Positions 10,052-18,538 of a stretch of DNA of 64,000 nt are shown here, piece by piece. The stretch is from an uncultured virus (IMG/VR IMGVR_UViG_3300006736_000006) (taxonomy: Duplodnaviria; Heunggongvirae; Uroviricota; Caudoviricetes). Location: IMG/VR virus record IMGVR_UViG_3300006736_000006; one strand, written 5' to 3'. Position 1 is the stretch's first letter, and the number at the start of each line of letters is the position of its first letter. The position numbers were made by a program, and so were the translations under genes. Below the pieces are notes generated by a model. That model made no database searches. It saw only the letters and a list, made by a program, of their open reading frames with translations, and had not been told where the DNA came from.

Positions 10052-11116
10052 TTAATCTTCTAGACAAACTGTTTCAAGAATAATACGCGTGACATTGTAT
10101 GGGTCACAATTAGAATTGGGACGACGATCTTCAAGGTACCCACATCCATCATTGTTCACATGTCTTGGTATTCTAATACTAGCTGTTCTATCTGAAACAC
10201 CCCATTTAAACTCTTTATACGAGCATGTTTCATGCAATCCTGTAAGCCTTAGCTCTAATCCATCGCCGTATGCATCTAAATGTTTCTGTATATTGTTTCC
10301 AATTTTTTTACATGCCTGCTCTATATATTTTATTCCGCCGGGAGCTCTCATCTTCCCTGTGCTAAAGTTAGTATGACATCCGGCTCCATTCCAGTCGCCC
10401 ATCATTGGCTTTGGATCAAATGTAACTGTTAGTCCATAAGCTTCTGATATCTTTAGCAGGAACCATCTAGAGATCCATAGCTGATCTGATACATCAACAG
10501 GACCCACACCTGGACCTCCTATTTGGTATTCCCACTGACCAGGCATTACTTCAGCATTTGTGCCCGTTATATCCAGTCCTGCCCATAGACACGCATTCAT
10601 ATGATCATCAGATATGTCACGACCAAATGATCTATCCCCGCCAGCACTACAGTAGTAAATTCCTTGAGGTTTTGGGTATCCGCCCTCTGGAAACCCAAGA
10701 GGTCTTCCACTCTTTATAACCGTGTATTCCTGTTCAATTCCAAACCACGATTCTGATTCGTGAGTTTTCCCGTCTATTTTCTCTAAATCACTTCTATTAT
10801 TCGTAATATGGGGACTACCATCTCCATTCAAAACCTCGCACAGTACAACGAATGCTAGGCTATCGCCTCTTACAGCGTCTGGAACCACTCTCACTGGTAA
10901 CAATAAGCAGTCAGAATCAGATCCGCTTGCCTGGCCGGTGGATGATCCATCAAACCCCCACTCAGGAAGCACCTTATGATCAAGATCATTTCTTAATTTT
11001 AAAAAATCAGACTCAGGTAGAGTATGAACCCTTACCTTAGACCTAAGACCCCATGGCTTGAATCCATCTATCCAGACATACTCAAGCTTTAGCTTTACTA
11101 GACCACTTTTTGTCAT
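10052..11116 (-). CDS. glnII: Glutamine synthetase type II
   Basis: EYVWIDG, WGFDGSSTGQA, FGIEQEY, NAEVMPGQWEYQ, DWNGAGCHTNFS and GYLEDRRP. The length of 354 aa is typical of GSII. Confidence 0.95.
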   Translation of the reverse strand: MTKSGLVKLKLEYVWIDGFKPWGLRSKVRVHTLPESDFLKLRNDLDHKVLPEWGFDGSSTGQASGSDSDCLLLPVRVVPDAVRGDSLAFVVLCEVLNGDGSPHITNNRSDLEKIDGKTHESESWFGIEQEYTVIKSGRPLGFPEGGYPKPQGIYYCSAGGDRSFGRDISDDHMNACLWAGLDITGTNAEVMPGQWEYQIGGPGVGPVDVSDQLWISRWFLLKISEAYGLTVTFDPKPMMGDWNGAGCHTNFSTGKMRAPGGIKYIEQACKKIGNNIQKHLDAYGDGLELRLTGLHETCSYKEFKWGVSDRTASIRIPRHVNNDGCGYLEDRRPNSNCDPYNVTRIILETVCLED

Positions 11117-11553
11117 TCAATATTTCCATAATACGGTTCAAATAGAAGCTCACCAGACTCCTTGCACCGTGATAGATAATCATCGAGATCATCAAAAGAT
11201 GTGCAAACCTTGACACCTGACTGTGCCAGCATGAGATTAAACGTAGCTCCTTCAGGCAGGCCTGCACAAAAATACACTAGCGGCGTATTTGAATTGTATG
11301 CGACTCCTGCTTCAAAGATGCTTCCCATATCTTTGTCACGTGTGTTACAGATTACAAAATCATTTCCAAGGATGTGCTTGACATTTCCTTCGAACGTATC
11401 CTTCTGTGTTTGAAGATCAGCTGTTGGGGGACAGACAAAAAAATCTTTTGGTGAAAAATATCCAAATTCATTCTTTGTTAAAGTCTTTTTAATCATTTCA
11501 ACTTCTTCAAATGCGTCAGGTGTGAACCAAGAACTAGCAATATATGCCTTCAT
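11113..11553 (-). CDS. Nucleoside 2-deoxyribosyltransferase / nucleotide N-hydrolase family
   Basis: YIASSWF, FSP, DMGSIFEAGVAY and FNLML motifs. Confidence 0.85.
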   Translation of the reverse strand: MKAYIASSWFTPDAFEEVEMIKKTLTKNEFGYFSPKDFFVCPPTADLQTQKDTFEGNVKHILGNDFVICNTRDKDMGSIFEAGVAYNSNTPLVYFCAGLPEGATFNLMLAQSGVKVCTSFDDLDDYLSRCKESGELLFEPYYGNIE

Positions 11554-11614
11554 TTTTTCTCCGAGCGGGTTAATAAATCAATTATATGCAATAGTATTTC
11601 TATTTTTAAAAATG

Positions 11615-12415
11615 TTATGCATTAAATTTCTTTTGATGAACTTTTTTTCTCATCCAGTCTTTCCACGTATCAAAGATAATATTCTTTTCATAGTCGCTTA
11701 TAAGACCTTTATCCTGATATCTATTTAACAATATATAAATTCTCATATTAAAATCTTTCAAATCTTTAGAATTCTGAATGTACCCTCTTACATGAGATGG
11801 AATCTCTTTTGGTTCTAAAAGATATTTGGCAAAATCTCCCTCCACAGAGCTGGGAGAGTTTATAAAATCATAATAATCATCATCTCTTCCGTGAGCTATA
11901 AACATTTGATCGGATCCCTCACCCTGCGTTATATGCTCTAGCTCATGTCTCACAGTATTTGATACCTCATCTCTTAGCTTAGAGTACTCACTTAAATTCA
12001 AATCTGAAGGAATATCTACTGAGACATATAATCCTATGTCATGGATTCCCGTCACATCCTTGTCAGCCCCGCTCACATTAAAATCTTCTGTGCCCCTATT
12101 AACTTGAACCACTATATAGACAGTTGTATCAACTATATCATCAGATATGTCATGTGAAAAACCTTGTGACTTCCAATCCATGCTTAGTGGAATATTTCCG
12201 GCAACAATTTCAACAAATTCAGATGTCTCGTCGCCACCTACATCATAAGAAAAATCATCTCTAGTTAGGGCAGACGAAGGAAGTCTTGTTTCCTTTCCAT
12301 GAATAACTCTCATAATATCCGATGTTATCATGTTGGTAAATGAATGCAGTCTTTTAGACTGTGTCTTTCGACCTTCGAGTAGCATTTCTCTAATGTATTC
12401 TTTTAATAGCTTCAC
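11615..12415 (-). CDS. Hypothetical protein with HExxH zincin-like motif
   Basis: VRHELEHITQ followed by YLLEPKEIPSH. N-terminus MKLLKEYIREMLLE. Confidence 0.6.
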   Translation of the reverse strand: MKLLKEYIREMLLEGRKTQSKRLHSFTNMITSDIMRVIHGKETRLPSSALTRDDFSYDVGGDETSEFVEIVAGNIPLSMDWKSQGFSHDISDDIVDTTVYIVVQVNRGTEDFNVSGADKDVTGIHDIGLYVSVDIPSDLNLSEYSKLRDEVSNTVRHELEHITQGEGSDQMFIAHGRDDDYYDFINSPSSVEGDFAKYLLEPKEIPSHVRGYIQNSKDLKDFNMRIYILLNRYQDKGLISDYEKNIIFDTWKDWMRKKVHQKKFNA

Positions 12416-12450
12416 TTAGATACATATTATTCACATTCTATGAAAAACAT

Positions 12451-13425
12451 CTATCTTTCATTTTGATATTTAAATCTCATTCTGTGAATGTCATCAAGTA
12501 TTTTTGCCCATAGTGTTTCAAATACTGTATAGCCGCCGGGATTGTTTGTTCCATTGATCTTTTCTCGAGTAGACTGATAAATTGTATCCTCAGGATGATA
12601 ATCAAACTTATCATTTTTAGGCTCGGGCCAATATAGATTTGTTCCCTTGCTAGTCCACTTTCCTCCTTCTTGAACCCTAAAGGTTTTTATATAATGCATA
12701 TCCGGCTTGTTAAAGTCAATAGCTACAGATGCCTCTGGAAGAACCCTGATAAGTTCTCTAGCCATATAGCCTGCAAGAAGATTATCAGCGGCAGGTTGAA
12801 TCTGAACATCCTGCCGTTGCCTTATAAATCCAATCAAATCTTTAAGATTCATTCTCATTAAATAAAATGATGTCATACACTTAGGAAGGATCATTCTTGC
12901 ATCCATCATTGATACACTTTTGCTATCCGTCATGTCTGCATATAGTTGTTTTGATTCCAATACTAGATTTTTCCACCTTTCTAAAAATTCTGGAGAATTT
13001 TCAACAGACTCTGGAATCACAGCAGGATCGTCCCGTAGGTCTCTGTCTCCCGTGCATTGTGCAGCAAATGATCCTGCTCTATGCCTAATGATATGTGTCA
13101 CTTCTTGAAATGATAATCCACTTAATTTAAACGTAAAGCTAAGACATTCCATGGGAGTTGGCAGTGCCCTGAATGATAAAACATCTTCCAGATTTTTGGA
13201 TAGATCTTTTCTAGATGTTCCGACTGGGTTTGTTTCATCATGATGATCAGCCCATGTTGCCTTCACATATTGCCAGGCGACATTAAGAGATTGCTCTCTT
13301 GTAGGATGATCAACTAACTCGACCTTTAAGGCCTTGAGATTATTGTAAAATTCTGTGTTTGTATCTTGACCAAACTTCAAATCCATGGGAAGAATAATTG
13401 GTTCGAGATCATAATTAACTGGCAT
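12451..13425 (-). CDS. thyX: Divergent flavin-dependent thymidylate synthase (ThyX-like)
   Basis: HIIRHRAGSF, DARMILP and MNLKDLIGFIRQR..Q match ThyX. The RHRx7S serine is Cys here. Confidence 0.8.
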   Translation of the reverse strand: MPVNYDLEPIILPMDLKFGQDTNTEFYNNLKALKVELVDHPTREQSLNVAWQYVKATWADHHDETNPVGTSRKDLSKNLEDVLSFRALPTPMECLSFTFKLSGLSFQEVTHIIRHRAGSFAAQCTGDRDLRDDPAVIPESVENSPEFLERWKNLVLESKQLYADMTDSKSVSMMDARMILPKCMTSFYLMRMNLKDLIGFIRQRQDVQIQPAADNLLAGYMARELIRVLPEASVAIDFNKPDMHYIKTFRVQEGGKWTSKGTNLYWPEPKNDKFDYHPEDTIYQSTREKINGTNNPGGYTVFETLWAKILDDIHRMRFKYQNER

Positions 13426-13455
13426 TTTTTCTCCTTATTTCTATATTATACCAAG

Positions 13456-14391
13456 CTATACAAGTGTTTTTATCATATCATTTAAATTTTTAGGATCTTC
13501 ATATACATGAATATTTTCTATATTCCACACTTCTGAATTATAAGAAAGCTTCGGAAGTAAAACAGGAATTCCATGCTTGGCATATTCTCCTGCATGCTTT
13601 GGAGAATCATCAACAGCACATACAACTGATCCAGAATCAAAATATTCAGACTGAGTTAACCACCTATACTTTTCGGCGCTAAAGTCAAGTCTGTGATAAT
13701 TCACTTGCAACTTTTCAAGCCAGAAATATGTATCATACCTACAAATGGGATTTTCATCAGGTCTAGCAGTTAAAATTTGAATCCAAAATCCATCATTTGA
13801 AAGAGAGTTAATTAGCTTTATCATTTCTTTATTAGCTTCAATGTCTCTAAGCCCTCTATGATCAATAAATCTTAAAAATACTTCTTCAGGATTATATCCT
13901 GCATTTTTAACTTCAGTCGTTGTATAATATTCAGATGAATTTTTATCAGCCTTGATACCATATTTTTCATCTAGCCAGTCAATAAAGCCTGATCTAAACT
14001 CTGAAATTACATCATCTAGGTCAAAAATAATAACTGGCTGACCATTCCACTTATTTTGTGTTGATTTATGTCTGGCGTGTAAAAACAAATCCTTATCCTC
14101 GAATGCACTCATAAACGTCTCACTTGAAATATCCCATAAATTCAGAATTGCAAGAAGATACCTGAAGGCGTCAACTGATTCATATGTTATTTTATTTAAG
14201 TCTACTTCCTTTTTAATATTTCTATGATCTTTAAAGTTAATTCCAGAAATAAGATCGCTAACCTCAGAATGCAGGGCCAATGATAAAGATTTTGTTATCT
14301 CTTCTTTTTCTTCTATAGAAAGACTACTATCATAAAATATTTTGTTAAAATCTTGTTGCCTTTCAAATAATCTCTTTAAATCAAAATTCAT
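13456..14391 (-). CDS. All-alpha dUTPase/MazG-like domain fused to a HAD 5'-nucleotidase domain
   Basis: N-terminus has SEVSDL..YESVDAFRY. C-terminus has IFDLDDVI, LTAR and VDDSP HAD motifs. Confidence 0.75.
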   Translation of the reverse strand: MNFDLKRLFERQQDFNKIFYDSSLSIEEKEEITKSLSLALHSEVSDLISGINFKDHRNIKKEVDLNKITYESVDAFRYLLAILNLWDISSETFMSAFEDKDLFLHARHKSTQNKWNGQPVIIFDLDDVISEFRSGFIDWLDEKYGIKADKNSSEYYTTTEVKNAGYNPEEVFLRFIDHRGLRDIEANKEMIKLINSLSNDGFWIQILTARPDENPICRYDTYFWLEKLQVNYHRLDFSAEKYRWLTQSEYFDSGSVVCAVDDSPKHAGEYAKHGIPVLLPKLSYNSEVWNIENIHVYEDPKNLNDMIKTLV

Positions 14392-14657
14392 TATTTATTC
14401 TTATCATGAATAATTGTAACATCACTTTGCTGATTTTTATTATAATTTTTAATTGACTCTATTAATGACGCTGTATCGCAGTTACTGAAAACCATATACC
14501 CAGATGAAATGGATAATCTTATTATTCCGCTATGACTGTCAAAGTTCAAAGACTCTATGATCTCGATTAGCGCTTTAATAGAATCAAATGTAAAAGCTTT
14601 ATCAGATTCCTTATGAAAAAAGGAGCCTGGCTTAATATCCGTTCCTAAGTCTTTCAT
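14391..14657 (-). CDS. Hypothetical protein (start uncertain)
   Basis: Fills the gap between two genes, with a stop/start overlap at 14391. Confidence 0.5.
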   Translation of the reverse strand: MKDLGTDIKPGSFFHKESDKAFTFDSIKALIEIIESLNFDSHSGIIRLSISSGYMVFSNCDTASLIESIKNYNKNQQSDVTIIHDKNK

Positions 14658-15096
14658 GAATAACTTCATCCTTTTTAAGATATGATTCATAAAGATCAGT
14701 TGAATTAAATCCTGCAAGAATTATAAGAGAGAAAAAGTAATTAAATGCATCAACAATTTCTTCTAAAAACTCATCTTTGTCAAATTCAATATTTTCTGTT
14801 GATCTATGGGGTTTCCAGTTTTTAAGATGCTGAAGAGCCTCAAACATCTCTTCAACGCCTCTTAGAGCTATATCTCTGCAATATTGCTGACTATTTTTAT
14901 TTGATAGATCAACCGGCCATTCCAGGTTATCATTCGGATATTTTTCAATAAGCGAATTCATAAATGACTCTCTTAACTCAAACATATGTCTTAGACTGTC
15001 TTCATTATCTTCTTCACTGGAGCCCGAAAAAGATTTATTATCTTCTTCGACAGCACTGTTTTTAATAAATGATTCTCCCTTGACAGCGATTCCCAT
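14632..15096 (-). CDS. Dimeric dUTPase / all-alpha NTP pyrophosphatase
   Basis: EEMFE...KNWKPH...EEIVDAFNY...Y..K......R...GY pattern. Confidence 0.82.
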   Translation of the reverse strand: MGIAVKGESFIKNSAVEEDNKSFSGSSEEDNEDSLRHMFELRESFMNSLIEKYPNDNLEWPVDLSNKNSQQYCRDIALRGVEEMFEALQHLKNWKPHRSTENIEFDKDEFLEEIVDAFNYFFSLIILAGFNSTDLYESYLKKDEVIHERLRNGY

Positions 15097-15097
15097 T

Positions 15098-15322
15098 CTA
15101 TTTTTTTCCTAGATTCTCAGCTTTTTCTAAAAGACCTTGAAGTTGATTTTCTCCAACCTCTCTATACTCGGGTGTCAAAGCTAAGTTTTGACTATTATTT
15201 TCTGACTCTGTTACTCTAATCGTTCTGAGGTTGTCAACGACATCTGTTCCAGTTATTATTGCTAGCTGGACTAGTTTTGCAATTTGAGCAATGACTTCAT
15301 CTGATAGTTTATAAGATTTCAT
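15098..15322 (-). CDS. Hypothetical phage protein
   Basis: 74 aa ORF with a GGAG RBS. Confidence 0.7.
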   Translation of the reverse strand: MKSYKLSDEVIAQIAKLVQLAIITGTDVVDNLRTIRVTESENNSQNLALTPEYREVGENQLQGLLEKAENLGKK

Positions 15323-15440
15323 ATATTCTCCAACATCTACACTTGATTATAAACAATAGATCCTAAGCTGTATTCCTATTATTAAAACCAGGAAAACATC
15401 CTGTCTATATAAAATATAATAATATAGGAAGAAATGTTCA

Positions 15441-16100
15441 ATGAAGAGAGTCATAATATCTGACACGCATATTGGTAGTAAGTTTTATAAATCAAACGAT
15501 CTATTAAAATTTCTAAAATCTGAGTCTTATGATGAGCTCATTTTGGCTGGAGATATTATTGATTTCATAAAAATTCCCGTCTTTACAGAAAGATGTATGG
15601 AGATTATTGATGCAATTGATGTAGATAAGAATATCATCTACGTTGTAGGAAACCATGATGAAAGCCTTGTCGGGCTTGTTGGAAAAAAATTCTTCAATGT
15701 AACGTTTTTAAAAAGATATGATTTTGAAGACGGTGATAGAAAGTTTAGAATCGAACATGGTGATGAATATGATAGAGGTGTTCTTCATAATAGAATATTT
15801 GTTAAAATTCTCTCTGTGATACAGAGCATTCTGGAATTCACATTTAACTTTGATCTCACGACATGGTGGACAGAAAAGCAAATTAAAAAACACCAACTAA
15901 GAAGCATCATCCACATTTTACGACATCACCCTAAGATTGACGTTTTTATTATGGGACACACACACATACCCGAAGCTATTATATGGATCAACGAGGATCA
16001 AGAAATAAAGACATACATCAACGCAGGAGATTGGGTTACACACCAAACGTATGTTACAGTTTCAAACGGCATAGCAAGATTACAAAAATTCGACGGCTAG
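15441..16100 (+). CDS. Calcineurin-like metallophosphoesterase (LpxH/LpxH2-like)
   Basis: ISDTHIG, LAGDIID, VGNHD, EHGD, GHTH and NAGDW. Confidence 0.85.
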   Translation: MKRVIISDTHIGSKFYKSNDLLKFLKSESYDELILAGDIIDFIKIPVFTERCMEIIDAIDVDKNIIYVVGNHDESLVGLVGKKFFNVTFLKRYDFEDGDRKFRIEHGDEYDRGVLHNRIFVKILSVIQSILEFTFNFDLTTWWTEKQIKKHQLRSIIHILRHHPKIDVFIMGHTHIPEAIIWINEDQEIKTYINAGDWVTHQTYVTVSNGIARLQKFDG

Positions 16101-16946
16101 TCATCGCCTGCGTTTTTGCCTAGAGGCAGCCCGTGCATGTTCATCTCTAATATCAATATCAGGATTTTCTCTCAATGTTCTAACAACATGACTCAATAAT
16201 TTCATTAGCATCTTTACATCTGCAAGAGCATTGTGCCACTCATCCGTAGATATTCCATAGGCAGACGATACGACACCCATAGAGGCAGAATAATATTTTC
16301 CCTTTTTAATCTTTTCTAAAAACTCTCTTGCAGACTGATCATCATGCTGATCTTTTAGTGTTCTAAGAAGAGGTATTAAAAATAATTGCATTATTCTCAT
16401 AGTATCTATTACTGGATATCTATCTGGTTGTCTATCCGATCTAACAGCTACAAACTTCATATCGAACGATGCATTTTGTGCCACCAGTACGGGATTTGAA
16501 AATGAATCCACGAAATCTAAGAATCCATCGATCACATCCTGCTCTTCAAAATACTCACGCCCTCTTTCTCCATAGCGAGTCATTGAAAGAATCTCAGGAG
16601 CAGTCATCCTCCCGCGGCGAGCTTTTATCTCTTCAGGAGGCATCTCTTTATGTTTGGATAGTCTTTCAATACTTTTAGGCTCCAGCTTTACCTTCTCATT
16701 AAATGTTCCAAGAATTTTAGGATCAGTATTCCAATTTCCCGGGCTTACAGCAACAGCTCCTATTTCAGTTAATTGTTGATATTTTGGATTAAACCCTAAT
16801 GTCTCTGTATCGAAAAAAATCCACGTATTATCTCTAAACCCTTCTAAAAATGATAGCACGTCTGAAATAGACATTCCAAAATATTTGGATTCTCTCAATA
16901 CAATATCTGATATAAGAGATCTAAGTGCTCTTTTTGTGATAATCAT
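16101..16946 (-). CDS. DEDDh 3'-5' exonuclease (DnaQ/epsilon-like)
   Basis: FFDTETLG, VAQNASFD, IDT and HNALADV. Confidence 0.88.
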   Translation of the reverse strand: MIITKRALRSLISDIVLRESKYFGMSISDVLSFLEGFRDNTWIFFDTETLGFNPKYQQLTEIGAVAVSPGNWNTDPKILGTFNEKVKLEPKSIERLSKHKEMPPEEIKARRGRMTAPEILSMTRYGERGREYFEEQDVIDGFLDFVDSFSNPVLVAQNASFDMKFVAVRSDRQPDRYPVIDTMRIMQLFLIPLLRTLKDQHDDQSAREFLEKIKKGKYYSASMGVVSSAYGISTDEWHNALADVKMLMKLLSHVVRTLRENPDIDIRDEHARAASRQKRRR

Positions 16947-16991
16947 ATGATACTCATCTTATATTTATTAAGAGCTGCACACATTATCAAG

Positions 16992-17417
16992 CTAATAAAA
17001 CACCCGCTTAAGAAATTCGTGATAATCATTAAGTGCATGATCAGACGGCATAACAGATCTCCACTCTCCCAAGCAGAATATCCTATAGGCATCAGATCCA
17101 TACTTTCCGATCCCATAGAGAACATCTGGACTATATCTCCAATCCTTATTGATGTAATCATCAGACATTCTAATAAGAGACTTAGATCGTCTTTCTGATA
17201 GCCCTAACGGCTTTATCATATCTCTTATTTCACTAGGATCTGCACTTGATGCAGATACTGGATCTGGATATTTCTCAAAAAATTTCCACATATACGGTTC
17301 TGCATCTACCCTTCTAGTAAGATTGCAAAATATACACGCGACAAATATTTTCCATGGATCTTGCCATAGATGCTCTTGAATTAAATTAAACGGTGATCTC
17401 GGCGGCGACCATTTCAT
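16992..17417 (-). CDS. HhH-GPD DNA glycosylase, MBD4-like
   Basis: W.PPRSPFNLIQEHLWQDPWK...IFCN, LYGIGKYGSDAYRIF and DHALNDYH closely follow the MBD4 catalytic domain. Confidence 0.85.
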   Translation of the reverse strand: MKWSPPRSPFNLIQEHLWQDPWKIFVACIFCNLTRRVDAEPYMWKFFEKYPDPVSASSADPSEIRDMIKPLGLSERRSKSLIRMSDDYINKDWRYSPDVLYGIGKYGSDAYRIFCLGEWRSVMPSDHALNDYHEFLKRVFY

Positions 17418-17435
17418 CTATCCTCCATTTTAATA

Positions 17436-17463
17436 AGGATACATTGTAAAAATGAAATTTACA
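17436..17463 (-). promoter_or_regulatory. Putative sigma70-like promoter
   Basis: TGTAAA-N16-TATCCT followed by a GGAGG RBS. Confidence 0.45.
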
Positions 17464-17468
17464 TTCGT

Positions 17469-17756
17469 CTATCTTAGGTCTCTAAACCAGAGATCTTCAT
17501 ATTTTTCAACTCCGCAAACACAACTATTTGGTGTGACCTCTCTAACTACACCAAAATCAAGCATTCCATTTTTAATCTCTATAGAAAACAAACACGCAGA
17601 CTGACATGACTCTATGGTTAGTGGATCTATCTTTTTATTAAGAATAACATATGATACGCTATAACAAACAATAGCGACCATTAAGACCTTACATAATGAA
17701 CCTATCAAAAACCGCTGTACACGTTCGCTAGAATGATCATCCGTTACGTCTTTCAT
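17469..17756 (-). CDS. Small membrane-anchored Cys-containing hypothetical protein
   Basis: One hydrophobic helix, plus CQSAC and CVC. Confidence 0.55.
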   Translation of the reverse strand: MKDVTDDHSSERVQRFLIGSLCKVLMVAIVCYSVSYVILNKKIDPLTIESCQSACLFSIEIKNGMLDFGVVREVTPNSCVCGVEKYEDLWFRDLR

Positions 17757-18123
17757 TATTTATATTTTCCTTGATGTACTTGATAAAGTCCGCTATGTCT
17801 CTAGGAACTTTCACGTATGTTTCATCTCTTTTAGAATACATCCACTCGTAACCGATTACTGAATCAATTGCATCGTTCTTTTCTTTTTGTTTATTTTTCT
17901 TAAATTCTTGAAAATTAACAACCCCATCAGGATAAATTTCCTCATACTCTACATCTACAAAATCTACATCTATTGAATTACTCTTAATAATTGACAATTC
18001 TTTTATATCTGTCTTGCTATCTTTGATCGCGCGAGGCTTTTCGATAAATCTTCCCATTGTAAAAAAGATGCACGAAAAAATACATAAAAATGAAATTAAA
18101 AATAGAATGTCCATCTCTATCAT
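17737..18123 (-). CDS. Membrane-anchored hypothetical protein
   Basis: N-terminal TM helix after MIEMD. The longer start in the ORF track overlaps the upstream gene. Confidence 0.55.
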   Translation of the reverse strand: MIEMDILFLISFLCIFSCIFFTMGRFIEKPRAIKDSKTDIKELSIIKSNSIDVDFVDVEYEEIYPDGVVNFQEFKKNKQKEKNDAIDSVIGYEWMYSKRDETYVKVPRDIADFIKYIKENINNERRNG

Positions 18124-18127
18124 ATTA

Positions 18128-18445
18128 CTATCTTCCTTCAATAATAGGTATTTCGCTTTTAAATAAATCAAATCCAATTGACATATGAATAGCAACAACA
18201 CAAAGATAAGCCATAAAGACTGGCAGAACAAAAAGCTTAGCTGTCTTAGCCATTTTAAGTCTCCATATTAAAAGAACGCACAGTGAAACAATCGTTAGCT
18301 TAGCTATGATAAAGAATGAAGACCCCACCCCTAAAAGGCTAGCCATAAGCGGGTTGATCTCACTAGCTATACCAGTCGACACCCAAATTGCTGTTGCTAC
18401 GGCATCTATGAGATTCATTATTAGAATTCCCGATAAAAGATGCAC
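18128..18445 (-). CDS. Small multi-pass membrane protein (DUF5658-like)
   Basis: N..DA..T....G...E.NPLM pattern and three hydrophobic segments. Confidence 0.6.
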   Translation of the reverse strand: MHLLSGILIMNLIDAVATAIWVSTGIASEINPLMASLLGVGSSFFIIAKLTIVSLCVLLIWRLKMAKTAKLFVLPVFMAYLCVVAIHMSIGFDLFKSEIPIIEGR

Positions 18446-18538
18446 GATCTTTATTTTTCTTAGCTGCTGTTTAAATGCCCTAAGTATGCTATAGTCCCCT
18501 TATTATAACTATAATAAGGATTGTAAAATTTCTAAAGA

